This document shows positions 63,917 through 64,000 of a DNA stretch of 64,000 nucleotides, piece after piece. The stretch spans positions 86,793,772 to 86,857,771 of the forward strand of contig NC_068990.1 in assembly GCF_001194135.2 (NCBI RefSeq), given 5' to 3'. The notes below the pieces were generated by a model, which ran no database searches, was not told the DNA's origin, and was given only the letters and a program-made list of their open reading frames with translations. Within the stretch, counting starts at the first letter, position 1. Every line of letters begins with the position of its first letter. Made by a program: the position numbers and the translations under genes. The DNA is from Octopus bimaculoides (taxonomy: Eukaryota).

Positions 63917-64000
<84 letters not shown>
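63296..64000 (+). repeat. (TAA)n arrays (about 63296-63380 and about 63919-64000) with a GAT/GGT low-complexity block between
   Basis: Directly visible. Confidence 0.9.

Overview
AT-rich metazoan genomic DNA, full of microsatellites, with 16 N-gaps (about 7 kb in total, nearly all flanked by simple repeats). The SINE families and repeat content suggest a coleoid cephalopod, probably Octopus; this is inferred from recognition, not from a database search. Only one host coding exon is supported: a 148-bp internal exon on the minus strand (3890-4037) of an SLC6 Na+/Cl--dependent transporter (glycine-transporter-1-like TM1 motif [22 protein letters not shown]). The rest appears to be intron or intergenic DNA made of transposon relics: the 5' end of a Ty3/Gypsy element (LTR, tRNA-Leu PBS, broken gag), about eight fragments of R4/Dong-like non-LTR retrotransposons mostly abutting (TAA)n, Penelope-like ends, a Chapaev3-type transposase, a pogo/Tigger-type transposase, an RTE fragment, a Helitron-like element and at least five tRNA-derived SINE families. 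The most unusual signals are minimal hammerhead ribozyme (HHR) folds. One has an intact catalytic core in the sense orientation 167 nt upstream of the SLC6 exon, and a degenerate sister copy lies at 37.8 kb. Another forms the 3' part of a tRNA-headed SINE with a (TAA)n spacer. There are no prokaryotic features, no CRISPR arrays and no genuine tRNA or rRNA genes. Family names come from motif recognition; element boundaries are approximate unless stated.
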